Positions 1 through 7,452 of a stretch of 12,370 nucleotides of DNA are shown in pieces. The notes beneath the pieces were generated by a model, which saw nothing but the letters and a program-made list of their open reading frames with translations, did not search any database and was not told where the DNA came from. Source of the DNA: Atribacterota bacterium (GTDB taxonomy: Bacteria; Atribacterota; Phoenicimicrobiia; Phoenicimicrobiales; Phoenicimicrobiaceae); NCBI GenBank assembly GCA_038203565.1, contig JBBRDV010000040.1, positions 1-12,370 of the forward strand, given 5' to 3'. Numbering within the stretch: the first letter of the stretch is position 1; every line of letters begins with the position of its first letter. The position numbers and the translations under genes are program-made.

Positions 1-1
1 A

Positions 2-46
2 GAAATATCTAAAAGGTTAGGCTATAATAAATTTATTGAAAAATGA
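2..46 (+). CDS. 3' end (partial) of a probable IclR-family transcriptional regulator
   Basis: Frame from nt 2 reads EISKRLGYNKFIEK-stop (TGA 44-46). The ...EISxxLGY ending is the typical C-terminal helix of IclR-family effector domains. Only 14 codons are visible. Confidence 0.55.
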   Translation, partial: EISKRLGYNKFIEK

Positions 47-75
47 ATTGGTATAATTAAATTGATATAATTAAA
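46..75 (+). promoter_or_regulatory. Tandem 14-bp direct repeat AATTG(G/A)TATAATTA, each copy containing a perfect extended -10 (TGnTATAAT); candidate promoter/operator
   Basis: 46-59 AATTGGTATAATTA and 60-73 AATTGATATAATTA. TGGTATAAT lies at 49-57 and TGATATAAT at 63-71, upstream of the RBS AGGAGG (114-119) of the carbamate kinase gene. Confidence 0.55.
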
Positions 76-132
76 GGGAACTTTGTTTAATTTAAAATAT
101 ATATTTGTAAATTAGGAGGAAGAAAACAAAAG

Positions 133-1104
133 ATGGCAAAAGTAATTTTAATAGCCTTAGGTGGAAATGCGATAAAACAATCCAATGAAAAAGGATCTTC
201 GGAGGAACAGTTCAAGAATTGCTGGAAAACCACAAAACATATCTCAGAAATTATCAAAAACCTTGACCAGGAAGATCGGCTAGTCATTACCCATGGGAAT
301 GGTCCGCAAGTTGGTAATTTAATGGTACAACAAAAGTCGGCTCAAGATGTTGTCCCGGCTCATTCTATGGATGTAGTAGGTGCAATGACTCAAGGGCAAA
401 TTGGCTATATGTTGCAACAAACCTTAATAAATCATCTTAAAAAAATGGATCTTGATGTACCGGTTTGTGCGATAATAAATCAGGTTTTAGTAGATAAAAA
501 TGACCCAGAATTTTTTGGTGATAAAGCTTCCAAGCCGGTAGGTAATTTTCTAACCGCAGAAGAAGCTAAAGAAATGAAGGAGAATAACCCTCAATATATA
601 ATAAAACAGGTTAAGCCAAACGGAGAGCGCTGCTGGAGGAGAACCGTTCCTTCACCAGATCCCATAGCTAATTTAGAAGCCGAGGTTATTAAAAAGCTAG
701 TTGCTGCAGGAGTAATTGTTATTGCTTCCGGTGGCGGAGGTATACCGGTATTAGAAGATGAAGAGGGAAATTACCAAGGGATTGAGGCGGTAATAGATAA
801 AGATCTTGCTGGAGAAAGATTAGCAGAAATAGTAGGTGCTGATATTTTTTTAATTCTTACCGATGTAGGAGAAGCTAAAATTAATTATGGTAAAGCTAAC
901 GAGAAAGGTTTAGGTAAAATAACTTTCGAGGAAGCTAAACAATATTTTAAGGAAGGACATTTTCTGGCGGGAAGCATGGGGCCAAAGGTTAAAGCTTGTT
1001 TGAGATTTTTAGAAAATGGAGGGAAGAAAGCTATCATTACCTCTTTGGATAAGGCTTTAGAGGCTTTAAAGGAACAAAGCGGAACAATTATAGAAAAAGA
1101 TTAG
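133..1104 (+). CDS. arcC: Carbamate kinase
   Basis: ALGGNA, THGNGPQVG, GAMTQGQIGY, RRTVPSP, ASGGGGIPV, EAVIDKD, ILTDV and GSMGPKV motifs; 323 aa; RBS AGGAGG at 114-119. Confidence 0.96.
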   Translation: MAKVILIALGGNAIKQSNEKGSSEEQFKNCWKTTKHISEIIKNLDQEDRLVITHGNGPQVGNLMVQQKSAQDVVPAHSMDVVGAMTQGQIGYMLQQTLINHLKKMDLDVPVCAIINQVLVDKNDPEFFGDKASKPVGNFLTAEEAKEMKENNPQYIIKQVKPNGERCWRRTVPSPDPIANLEAEVIKKLVAAGVIVIASGGGGIPVLEDEEGNYQGIEAVIDKDLAGERLAEIVGADIFLILTDVGEAKINYGKANEKGLGKITFEEAKQYFKEGHFLAGSMGPKVKACLRFLENGGKKAIITSLDKALEALKEQSGTIIEKD

Positions 1105-1144
1105 GTAGTAAATCATAAAACTAAATTGAAAGGAATTGGTCGAA

Positions 1145-2068
1145 ATGTTAAAAGGGAAAGATATTTTAAATACTGCTCAGTTTTCGCCTCAAGAATTAAA
1201 TTTGATTATGAATACCGCTGCAAATTTTGAAAAACAAGTCAAAGATGGAAATATTATCAGAAATATGGAAGGTAAAATAGTAGCAACTTTATTTTTTGAA
1301 CCAAGTACCAGAACCCGTCTTTCTTTTGAAACTGCTGCCAATAGGTTGGGTGCTCGAGTAATTTCAGTAGCCAGTGCAGACAGTTCTTCTGCAGCTAAGG
1401 GAGAATCTTTGGCTGATACTATTAGGACAGTGGATGGTTATGCAGATGTTATTGTTATGCGTCATCCTATGAATGGCTCTGCCCAGATTGCAGCTGATAA
1501 TGCCAAACATCCTTTTATTAATGCCGGCGACGGAAGCGGACAACATCCCACGCAAGCTCTTTTAGATATATATACCATTCGTAAGGAAAAAGGGGCTTTA
1601 GGGGGGCAGACAGTTACTTTTGTGGGAGATTTAAAATATGGGCGGACCGTACATTCATTAAGTTATTTTATGACTCTCTATGGCAATAAAATGTTTTTTG
1701 TCTCTCCCAAATCTCTACAAATGCCATCAGAGATAACTGCTGATCTAAGAAGTCGGGGAGCAGATATTGAAGAGACTGAGGATCTAAAAAAAGCCTTATC
1801 GGTTAGTGATATTGTTTATGTTACCAGAATACAGAAAGAACGATTTGAAGACCTGACAGAATATGAAAAAGTCAAAGGTTCGTATATCATAAATATTTCT
1901 ATTATTAATCAAGCTAAAAAAGGAATTACCATTCTTCATCCCCTTCCCAGAGTAGATGAAATCTCCACTGATATTGATGATTATGAAGGAGCAGCTTACT
2001 TTAGACAAGCTCATAATGGAGTTTATATTAGGATGGCTCTTTTGGCTTTAGTAAGTGGTAAGGAATAG
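1145..2068 (+). CDS. pyrB: Aspartate carbamoyltransferase catalytic subunit
   Basis: FFEPSTRTRLSF (carbamoyl-phosphate binding), KGESL, MRH, NAGDG..HPTQ, GDLKYGRTVHS, TRIQKER and HPLP. The aspartate-specific Lys/Arg residues are present. ATG 1145 is preferred over TTG 1136 because AAGGA (1130-1134) is spaced correctly for it. Confidence 0.95.
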   Translation: MLKGKDILNTAQFSPQELNLIMNTAANFEKQVKDGNIIRNMEGKIVATLFFEPSTRTRLSFETAANRLGARVISVASADSSSAAKGESLADTIRTVDGYADVIVMRHPMNGSAQIAADNAKHPFINAGDGSGQHPTQALLDIYTIRKEKGALGGQTVTFVGDLKYGRTVHSLSYFMTLYGNKMFFVSPKSLQMPSEITADLRSRGADIEETEDLKKALSVSDIVYVTRIQKERFEDLTEYEKVKGSYIINISIINQAKKGITILHPLPRVDEISTDIDDYEGAAYFRQAHNGVYIRMALLALVSGKE

Positions 2069-2129
2069 AATAAATTTTAAAATTAGAACAATTTTAATGA
2101 TAATAAATATTTTATAAATAGAGAAATAA

Positions 2130-2930
2130 ATGAAAATAGAAAATATTAATATTCCCTTAATGATAAGTGGTAATTTAATTGAAAATATTAATTTAAATGA
2201 TAATTATTATAGAATGAGGATCGAAGCTCCTCAAATTGCCAGGAAAGCCAAACCAGGACAGTTTGTAATGTTATCTATGTGGAAAAATAAAGATCCTTTC
2301 CTAAAAAGGCCATTTAGTTTTTATGGAATTGAATCAGATAGTGGTACTTTTGATATTCTTTATAAGGAAATAGGTAAAGGTACACAAATAATGGCTAAAT
2401 CTAAAGTAGGTGATCTGGTAGAACTAATTGGGCCCCTTGGTAATGGTTTTATGATTCCAGAAAATACAAATAATATAGCTGTAGTTGCACGTGGTATAGG
2501 AATTGCTACCTTGATGCCCTTAATATTAGAAAGCAAGAAAAGAGGAATTGCAATTTATGCTTTCCTGTCTGCCCAGACAGGTAGTTTACTTTTATGTAGT
2601 AATGAGATTAATTCTATTTCTGAAAAAGTATTTTATACTACTGATGATGGTTCTAAAGGAGCGAAAGGGATAGTCACTAATTTTCTGGAGAATGTTTTAA
2701 AAGAAGAAGTCATTGATGTGGTTTACGTTTGTGGATCAAAAAGACTTACTAAACATATAAGAAATTTACAAAGAAAATATAATTTTTTAGCCTTTGTAAG
2801 CTTAGAGGAACATATGGCTTGCGGTATAGGTGCTTGTAAAGGTTGTGTTCATAAAACCAAAGATGGATATAAAAGAGTTTGTAAGGAAGGACCTGTTTTT
2901 CCAGTGGAAGAGGTGATTTTTGATGACTAA
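2130..2930 (+). CDS. pyrK: Dihydroorotate dehydrogenase electron transfer subunit (FAD, [2Fe-2S])
   Basis: KPGQFVML, RPFS (FAD), GPLGNGF, EEHMACGIGACKGC...RVCKEGPVF ([2Fe-2S]); overlaps pyrD. The NAD-binding motif is atypical (ARGIGIAT, CGSK). The RBS is weak, so the start is uncertain. Confidence 0.9.
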   Translation: MKIENINIPLMISGNLIENINLNDNYYRMRIEAPQIARKAKPGQFVMLSMWKNKDPFLKRPFSFYGIESDSGTFDILYKEIGKGTQIMAKSKVGDLVELIGPLGNGFMIPENTNNIAVVARGIGIATLMPLILESKKRGIAIYAFLSAQTGSLLLCSNEINSISEKVFYTTDDGSKGAKGIVTNFLENVLKEEVIDVVYVCGSKRLTKHIRNLQRKYNFLAFVSLEEHMACGIGACKGCVHKTKDGYKRVCKEGPVFPVEEVIFDD

Positions 2931-3840
2931 AGAAGTGAGCTTAGAGGTTGATTTGGGTCCTTTACATTTAAAAAATCCAGTTATGCCTGCCTCAGGCACT
3001 TTTGATATAAGATGTACTTTATTAAACGAAAAAGAGCTTAATAGATTAGGAGCAATACTTCCCAAGAGTATTGCTTTCCAAGAAAGAGAAGGAAATCCCG
3101 GGCCGAGGATTTGTGAAACTGATTGCGGATTATTAAATGCAGTCGGTGTGCCTTCTAAAGGTGTAGAATATTTTATAAAAGAAGAATTACCTCTATTAAA
3201 AAAAGCAAATAACATTATCATTGTTAGCCTGATGGGAAATTCTATTGAGGATTTTTGTAATTTAGCCGGATATCTTAATAACATTGAAGAGATTTCGGCA
3301 TTAGAAATAAATCTTTCTTGCCCAAATTTAAATAATGGCATTCCTTTTGGTGTTAACCAAGATAAATTATACGAATTAATCTTTAATATAAGGAAAAACA
3401 CTTCAAAACCCATTATTGCTAAATTATCACCAAATGTTTCCGATATAAAAGAAATGGCTTTAACTGCAAAAAATGCGGGAGCACAGATAATAACTGTTGC
3501 TAATACTTTAATGGGCATGGCCATAGATGTTGACAAGCAAGTCTTTCGATTAGGAAACACTATGGGAGGATTGTCTGGCCCAGCGATAAGACCTATCATA
3601 GTTAGAATGATCTGGGAGATTGCCCAATCCGTTGACATACCGATTATTGGGGTGGGAGGGGTTTATTGTGCTGAAAATGCCATTGAAATGCTTCTTGCCG
3701 GAGCGAGTGCGGTACAAATTGGCTCGGCTAATTTTTTTAATCCCTATGTAATGTTAGAGGTGATTGAAGGGATTGAAAAATATCTAATTAAAAAGAAATA
3801 TAATTCTATTCAAGATATAAGTGGCTTGGTGAAAAATTAA
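2923..3840 (+). CDS. pyrD: Dihydroorotate dehydrogenase family 1B catalytic subunit (FMN)
   Basis: LKNPVMPASGTF, GNPGPRICET, LNAVG, EINLSCPN (catalytic Cys), KLSPN, ANT, GGLSGPAIRP, IIGVGG and GASAVQIG. ATG 2923 follows RBS GAGGTG (2910-2915) and overlaps the pyrK stop. Confidence 0.94.
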   Translation: MTKEVSLEVDLGPLHLKNPVMPASGTFDIRCTLLNEKELNRLGAILPKSIAFQEREGNPGPRICETDCGLLNAVGVPSKGVEYFIKEELPLLKKANNIIIVSLMGNSIEDFCNLAGYLNNIEEISALEINLSCPNLNNGIPFGVNQDKLYELIFNIRKNTSKPIIAKLSPNVSDIKEMALTAKNAGAQIITVANTLMGMAIDVDKQVFRLGNTMGGLSGPAIRPIIVRMIWEIAQSVDIPIIGVGGVYCAENAIEMLLAGASAVQIGSANFFNPYVMLEVIEGIEKYLIKKKYNSIQDISGLVKN

Positions 3841-3859
3841 TATTTTATTTTAAATATAT

Positions 3860-3911
3860 TTTGATTTTATCAAAGTTAAACATCTTTGTTTTTTATTTGA
3901 TTTATAAATCA
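3860..3911. promoter_or_regulatory. Two palindromes upstream of the ABC transporter genes; candidate operator sites
   Basis: TTTGAT-TTT-ATCAAA (3860-3874) and the perfect 14-bp palindrome TGATTTATAAATCA (3898-3911), both in the pyrD-livH spacer. Confidence 0.35.
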
Positions 3912-3952
3912 TAGATTACAAATTTTAAAAAGGAGAAAGGAGAAATATTTGT

Positions 3953-4816
3953 ATGAGCTTACAGATGTTAATAAACGCAATCCTGCTGGGAGGATTGTAT
4001 GCCTTGATGGGTATAGGTTTTTCCTTACAATGGGGTATTAGCGGGATTATTAATTTATCCTATGGAGCAATGGTTATTTTAGGTTCTTATATTTCCCTGG
4101 AATTTTTTAATTTATTTCACCTAGACCCTTTTATTAGTATGATAATATCTGGCGCCATTCTTTTTGTAATAGGAGCAGCAATATATCGCACACTTTTACA
4201 ACCCTTTCTGAAAGGTGGAATTGTTTTTACCATTATTTTAACTTTTGCTGTTAGATTAATAGTAGAAAATATTATATTGAAAGTGTGGTCTGCTGACTAT
4301 CGTACTATACGCCTTACTTATGCTGGCAGTAATTTTCAATTTGGTGATGCCTATATTCCTTTAATAAAATTTTTAGCTTTTTTGGTAGCTGCAGTATTAA
4401 TTTATTTAACCTATCTTTTTATGATGAAAACGAAAATCGGAAAAGGAATTCAAGCGGTAGCTTTAGATAAAGAAGGTGCACAGGCAGTAGGGATGGATGT
4501 GGAAAAAATGTATCTAATTAATTTTGCTTTGGGAACCGCTTTAGCAGGATTAACCGGTTCGCTTTGGGCGAGCATCTATAGTTTTTCTCCTCACCTTTTA
4601 GGTCCCATTGTAGGAAAGGTATTTATTATTGCCATACTTGGGGGTTTAGGAAATATCTGGGGCGCAGCTGCCGGAGGTTTGCTTTTAGGGATTGCAGAAA
4701 CTGCGGGAGCAGTATTTCTTGGTTCAGAGTGGCAAGAGGCCATCGGTATGGTCATTATGGTAAGTGTATTGCTTTGGAGACCTTATGGACTTATGGGGAA
4801 AAAGTTTTTTGGTTAA
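3953..4816 (+). CDS. livH: HAAT (branched-chain amino acid-type) ABC transporter permease, LivH-like
   Basis: GGLYALMGIGFSLQWGISGIINLSYG, KTKIGKGIQAVA..A.AVGMD and ILGGLGNIWGA motifs; highly hydrophobic; RBS AGGAG at 3938-3942. The symbol is family-level and the substrate is unknown. Confidence 0.92.
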   Translation: MSLQMLINAILLGGLYALMGIGFSLQWGISGIINLSYGAMVILGSYISLEFFNLFHLDPFISMIISGAILFVIGAAIYRTLLQPFLKGGIVFTIILTFAVRLIVENIILKVWSADYRTIRLTYAGSNFQFGDAYIPLIKFLAFLVAAVLIYLTYLFMMKTKIGKGIQAVALDKEGAQAVGMDVEKMYLINFALGTALAGLTGSLWASIYSFSPHLLGPIVGKVFIIAILGGLGNIWGAAAGGLLLGIAETAGAVFLGSEWQEAIGMVIMVSVLLWRPYGLMGKKFFG

Positions 4817-4848
4817 TTTAGGAATTATTTGAGAGAGGAGGAGCGAAG

Positions 4849-5814
4849 TTGGTGTTAAATAATAAAAAAGTAAATATTTTCCTATTAATAATAGGAATAA
4901 TTTTATTTATCTTTTTGCCGCGCTTTATATCAGGTTATTGGGTTAGAGTCATTACTACTATCTTTATGTATGCGGTAATTTCTCAAGGAATTAATCTTAT
5001 GTCCGGTTATATGGGTTATCTTCCTTTTGGTAATGCCATGTTTTTTGGGATAGGAGCTTATGTTACTGCCATCGGTATGAGTAAGGGGCTGCCTTTTTTA
5101 GTCGTTGTTCCTTTAGCTGCTATTACTGCAATCTTGTTTAGTATTATATTTGGACTCCCGGTGCTTAGACTTCGGGGTCATTATTTTGCTATTGCTACTA
5201 TTGGTATAAGTGGAGCACTTTTATCAGTAGTGCAAAATGCTACTGAGATAACCGGTGGAGCTATGGGAACTACCTTACCCATTATTGATAAGTCACCAGA
5301 AATAACCTATAATTACTTCTATTTGGCTATGTTGGCTTTGATGGTAATTACTACTCTAACCATATATTTGGTAATCAAATCAAAATTTGGTTTTGGAATA
5401 CGAAGTATAAAGGCTAATGAAGAGGCAGCAAATTCTATGGGAATTAATACTACTTATCATAAAGTAACAGCCTGGGCAATAAGTGCTTTATTTACCAGCA
5501 TAGCGGGTGCTCTTTATGCCTATTGGATGTCTTTTATTGGTCCTGAAGAAGTGTTTGATGTCATGATCGCAGTAAATACTATTGTTATTATGCTTATTGG
5601 AGGAGCGGGCAGTATTTTAGGCCCCATAATTGGTGCATTTGTAATTGAACTGTTTTCCGAGGTGGTTTGGAGTAGTTTTCTTGAATATCATCTTGCTGTG
5701 TTGGGAATTACTATTATTATTATTGTATTCTTTGTTCCCAAAGGAATTACTGGTACTATTGCTGATTTTGTAAAAAAAAGAGAATTAAGACTAAGAAAGA
5801 AGGTGAGTGTATAA
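4849..5814 (+). CDS. livM: HAAT ABC transporter permease, LivM-like
   Basis: NLMSGYMG...G.AMFFGIGAY, LRLRGHYFAIAT, SKFG..IRSIKANEEAA.SMGIN and IGG.GSILGPIIGA; TTG start with RBS GGAGG at 4837-4841. Confidence 0.92.
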   Translation: MVLNNKKVNIFLLIIGIILFIFLPRFISGYWVRVITTIFMYAVISQGINLMSGYMGYLPFGNAMFFGIGAYVTAIGMSKGLPFLVVVPLAAITAILFSIIFGLPVLRLRGHYFAIATIGISGALLSVVQNATEITGGAMGTTLPIIDKSPEITYNYFYLAMLALMVITTLTIYLVIKSKFGFGIRSIKANEEAANSMGINTTYHKVTAWAISALFTSIAGALYAYWMSFIGPEEVFDVMIAVNTIVIMLIGGAGSILGPIIGAFVIELFSEVVWSSFLEYHLAVLGITIIIIVFFVPKGITGTIADFVKKRELRLRKKVSV

Positions 5815-6583
5815 GGTGGGAGAAAATAATATAATCTTAAAAATAAAGACTTTAAGTAAACATTTTGGAGCTTTAAAGGCAGTAGATGAGGTTAGCTTTG
5901 AAGTAAAAAAGGGTGAAATAGTGGGATTAATTGGTCCTAATGGTGCTGGGAAGACCACCCTTACTAATCTTGTTACCGGTGCTTCCCCTAAAACGGCGGG
6001 TAAAGTAATTTTTAAAGATTTAGACATAAGTAATTTAAAACCTTATCAGATAGCCCGGAATGGATTAACCCGTACCTTTCAAGTAGTGAAACCTTTAATA
6101 GGAATGACGGTAGAGGAAAATGTATTAGTCGGTTCTCTTTTTGGGAGAGATAAGAGAAATACTGATATGAAAAATGCATCTAAAAGAGCCAGAGAAATAA
6201 TAAAATTAGTAGGCTTGGAGAGCAAAAAAGATTCTTCAGTAAGTGATATCACTTTACCTGATCTAAAAAAAATGGAATTTGCTCGAGTTTTAGCTATGGA
6301 ACCTGAAGTATTATTTTTAGATGAAGTTATGGCCGGTTTGAACCCGGCAGAAGTGGAAGAAGCAAGTATTTTAGTAAAAAGAGTCAGGAGAGAAAAAGAA
6401 TTAACTATAGTATATATTGAACATATTATGAAAGCGGTAATGGGAATTTCAGATAGAATTGTAGTTTTACATCACGGCAGAAAGATAGTAGAAGGCACCC
6501 CTCAAGAAGTAGTAAATAATTCAGCAGTTATTGAAGCTTATTTGGGGAAAAGGTATACTAAGGAGGTAAACAATGAAGGATAA
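5807..6583 (+). CDS. livG: HAAT ABC transporter ATP-binding protein, LivG-like
   Basis: HFGALKAV, Walker A GPNGAGKT, RTFQ, LFLDE.MAGLN, IEH and C-terminal VIEAYLG. The true start may be the in-frame GTG at 5816. Confidence 0.93.
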   Translation: MYKVGENNIILKIKTLSKHFGALKAVDEVSFEVKKGEIVGLIGPNGAGKTTLTNLVTGASPKTAGKVIFKDLDISNLKPYQIARNGLTRTFQVVKPLIGMTVEENVLVGSLFGRDKRNTDMKNASKRAREIIKLVGLESKKDSSVSDITLPDLKKMEFARVLAMEPEVLFLDEVMAGLNPAEVEEASILVKRVRREKELTIVYIEHIMKAVMGISDRIVVLHHGRKIVEGTPQEVVNNSAVIEAYLGKRYTKEVNNEG

Positions 6584-7298
6584 TCTATTATTGAAAGTTT
6601 CCAATCTTGATGCAGGTTATGGTGGAATTCAAGTTCTGTGGGGTATAAGCTTGGAAGTAAAACAAAAAGAGGTGGTGTGTGTAATCGGGGCAAATGGAGC
6701 GGGGAAGAGTACGCTATTAAAGAGTATTGTAGGAATGATTCCCTCTACTAAAGGTGAAATATTTTATTCAGGAAACAATATCACTAAAATGGCTTCTCCA
6801 GAAAGAATAAAAATGGGACTCGGTTTTGCTCCCGAGGGAAGACATTTATTTTTTGGATTAACCGTAGAAGACAATCTTTTGATGGGTGCTTTTCAAAGAA
6901 AGTATAATCAAAGTGTAAAAGAAGATTTAGATTTTGTCTATGCCCTCTTTAAACCGTTAAAAGGATATAGCAGAAAACTTGCCGGGAATTTATCCGGAGG
7001 CGAACAGCAGATGTGTGCTATAGGAAGAGCTTTAATGTCCCATCCCACCTTACTTATCATCGATGAACTTTCTTTAGGATTGGCTCCGGTGGTGGTAGAT
7101 GATTTAATCGATATAATAGCTAAATTAAGGAAGGAAAGAGGGATTGGCATATTATTGGTTGAACAAGATGTAAAAGTTGCTTTAGATATAGCAGATAGAG
7201 GGTATGTGTTAGAGGCAGGAGTGGTATCTATTCATGATAAGGCTGATAAGTTAGCTAAGAATGAACATATAAAAGCCGCTTATTTAGGAGTAGCCTAA
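6573..7298 (+). CDS. livF: HAAT ABC transporter ATP-binding protein, LivF-like
   Basis: GANGAGKST, PEGRHLF, signature LSGGEQQM, DELSLGLAP, LLVEQ and AYLG; RBS AGGAGG at 6561-6566; overlaps the livG stop. Confidence 0.94.
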   Translation: MKDNLLLKVSNLDAGYGGIQVLWGISLEVKQKEVVCVIGANGAGKSTLLKSIVGMIPSTKGEIFYSGNNITKMASPERIKMGLGFAPEGRHLFFGLTVEDNLLMGAFQRKYNQSVKEDLDFVYALFKPLKGYSRKLAGNLSGGEQQMCAIGRALMSHPTLLIIDELSLGLAPVVVDDLIDIIAKLRKERGIGILLVEQDVKVALDIADRGYVLEAGVVSIHDKADKLAKNEHIKAAYLGVA

Positions 7299-7452
7299 TA
7301 ATTAAATACAGTTCGAATACTTGGAAAAGTGATTCTTGCAGGTGAAATAAAAAAAAGAAAAAGAGGGTGGTAGATGAAAAAAATAAGGAAGTATAGAGGA
7401 ATAGAAAGCTAATTAAAAATTTGTCTAATCAAATAAAATGGAGGATAAAAAA

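Noticed and set aside
1..132. PyrR attenuator or riboswitch upstream of the pyr genes
   Set aside because: No PyrR binding loop (AGUCCAGAGAGG-like), and no terminator/antiterminator stems in the 86-nt spacer.
1145..2068. Ornithine, oxamate or YgeW-type carbamoyltransferase (expected next to a carbamate kinase)
   Set aside because: It has HPLP rather than HCLP and the ATCase-specific KGE, GRTVHS and RIQKER motifs.
2802..3638. 278-aa minus-strand ORF
   Set aside because: It lies entirely antisense to the well-supported pyrK/pyrD genes, has no recognisable motif, and has the composition of a shadow ORF.
2923..3840. Dihydropyrimidine dehydrogenase PreA
   Set aside because: No C-terminal Fe-S domain, SCPN rather than (S/G)CPH, and the partner is PyrK-like rather than PreT-like.
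3861..3873. FNR/CRP-family box
   Set aside because: The arms match TTGAT/ATCAA but the spacer is 3 nt, not 4; kept only as a generic operator candidate.
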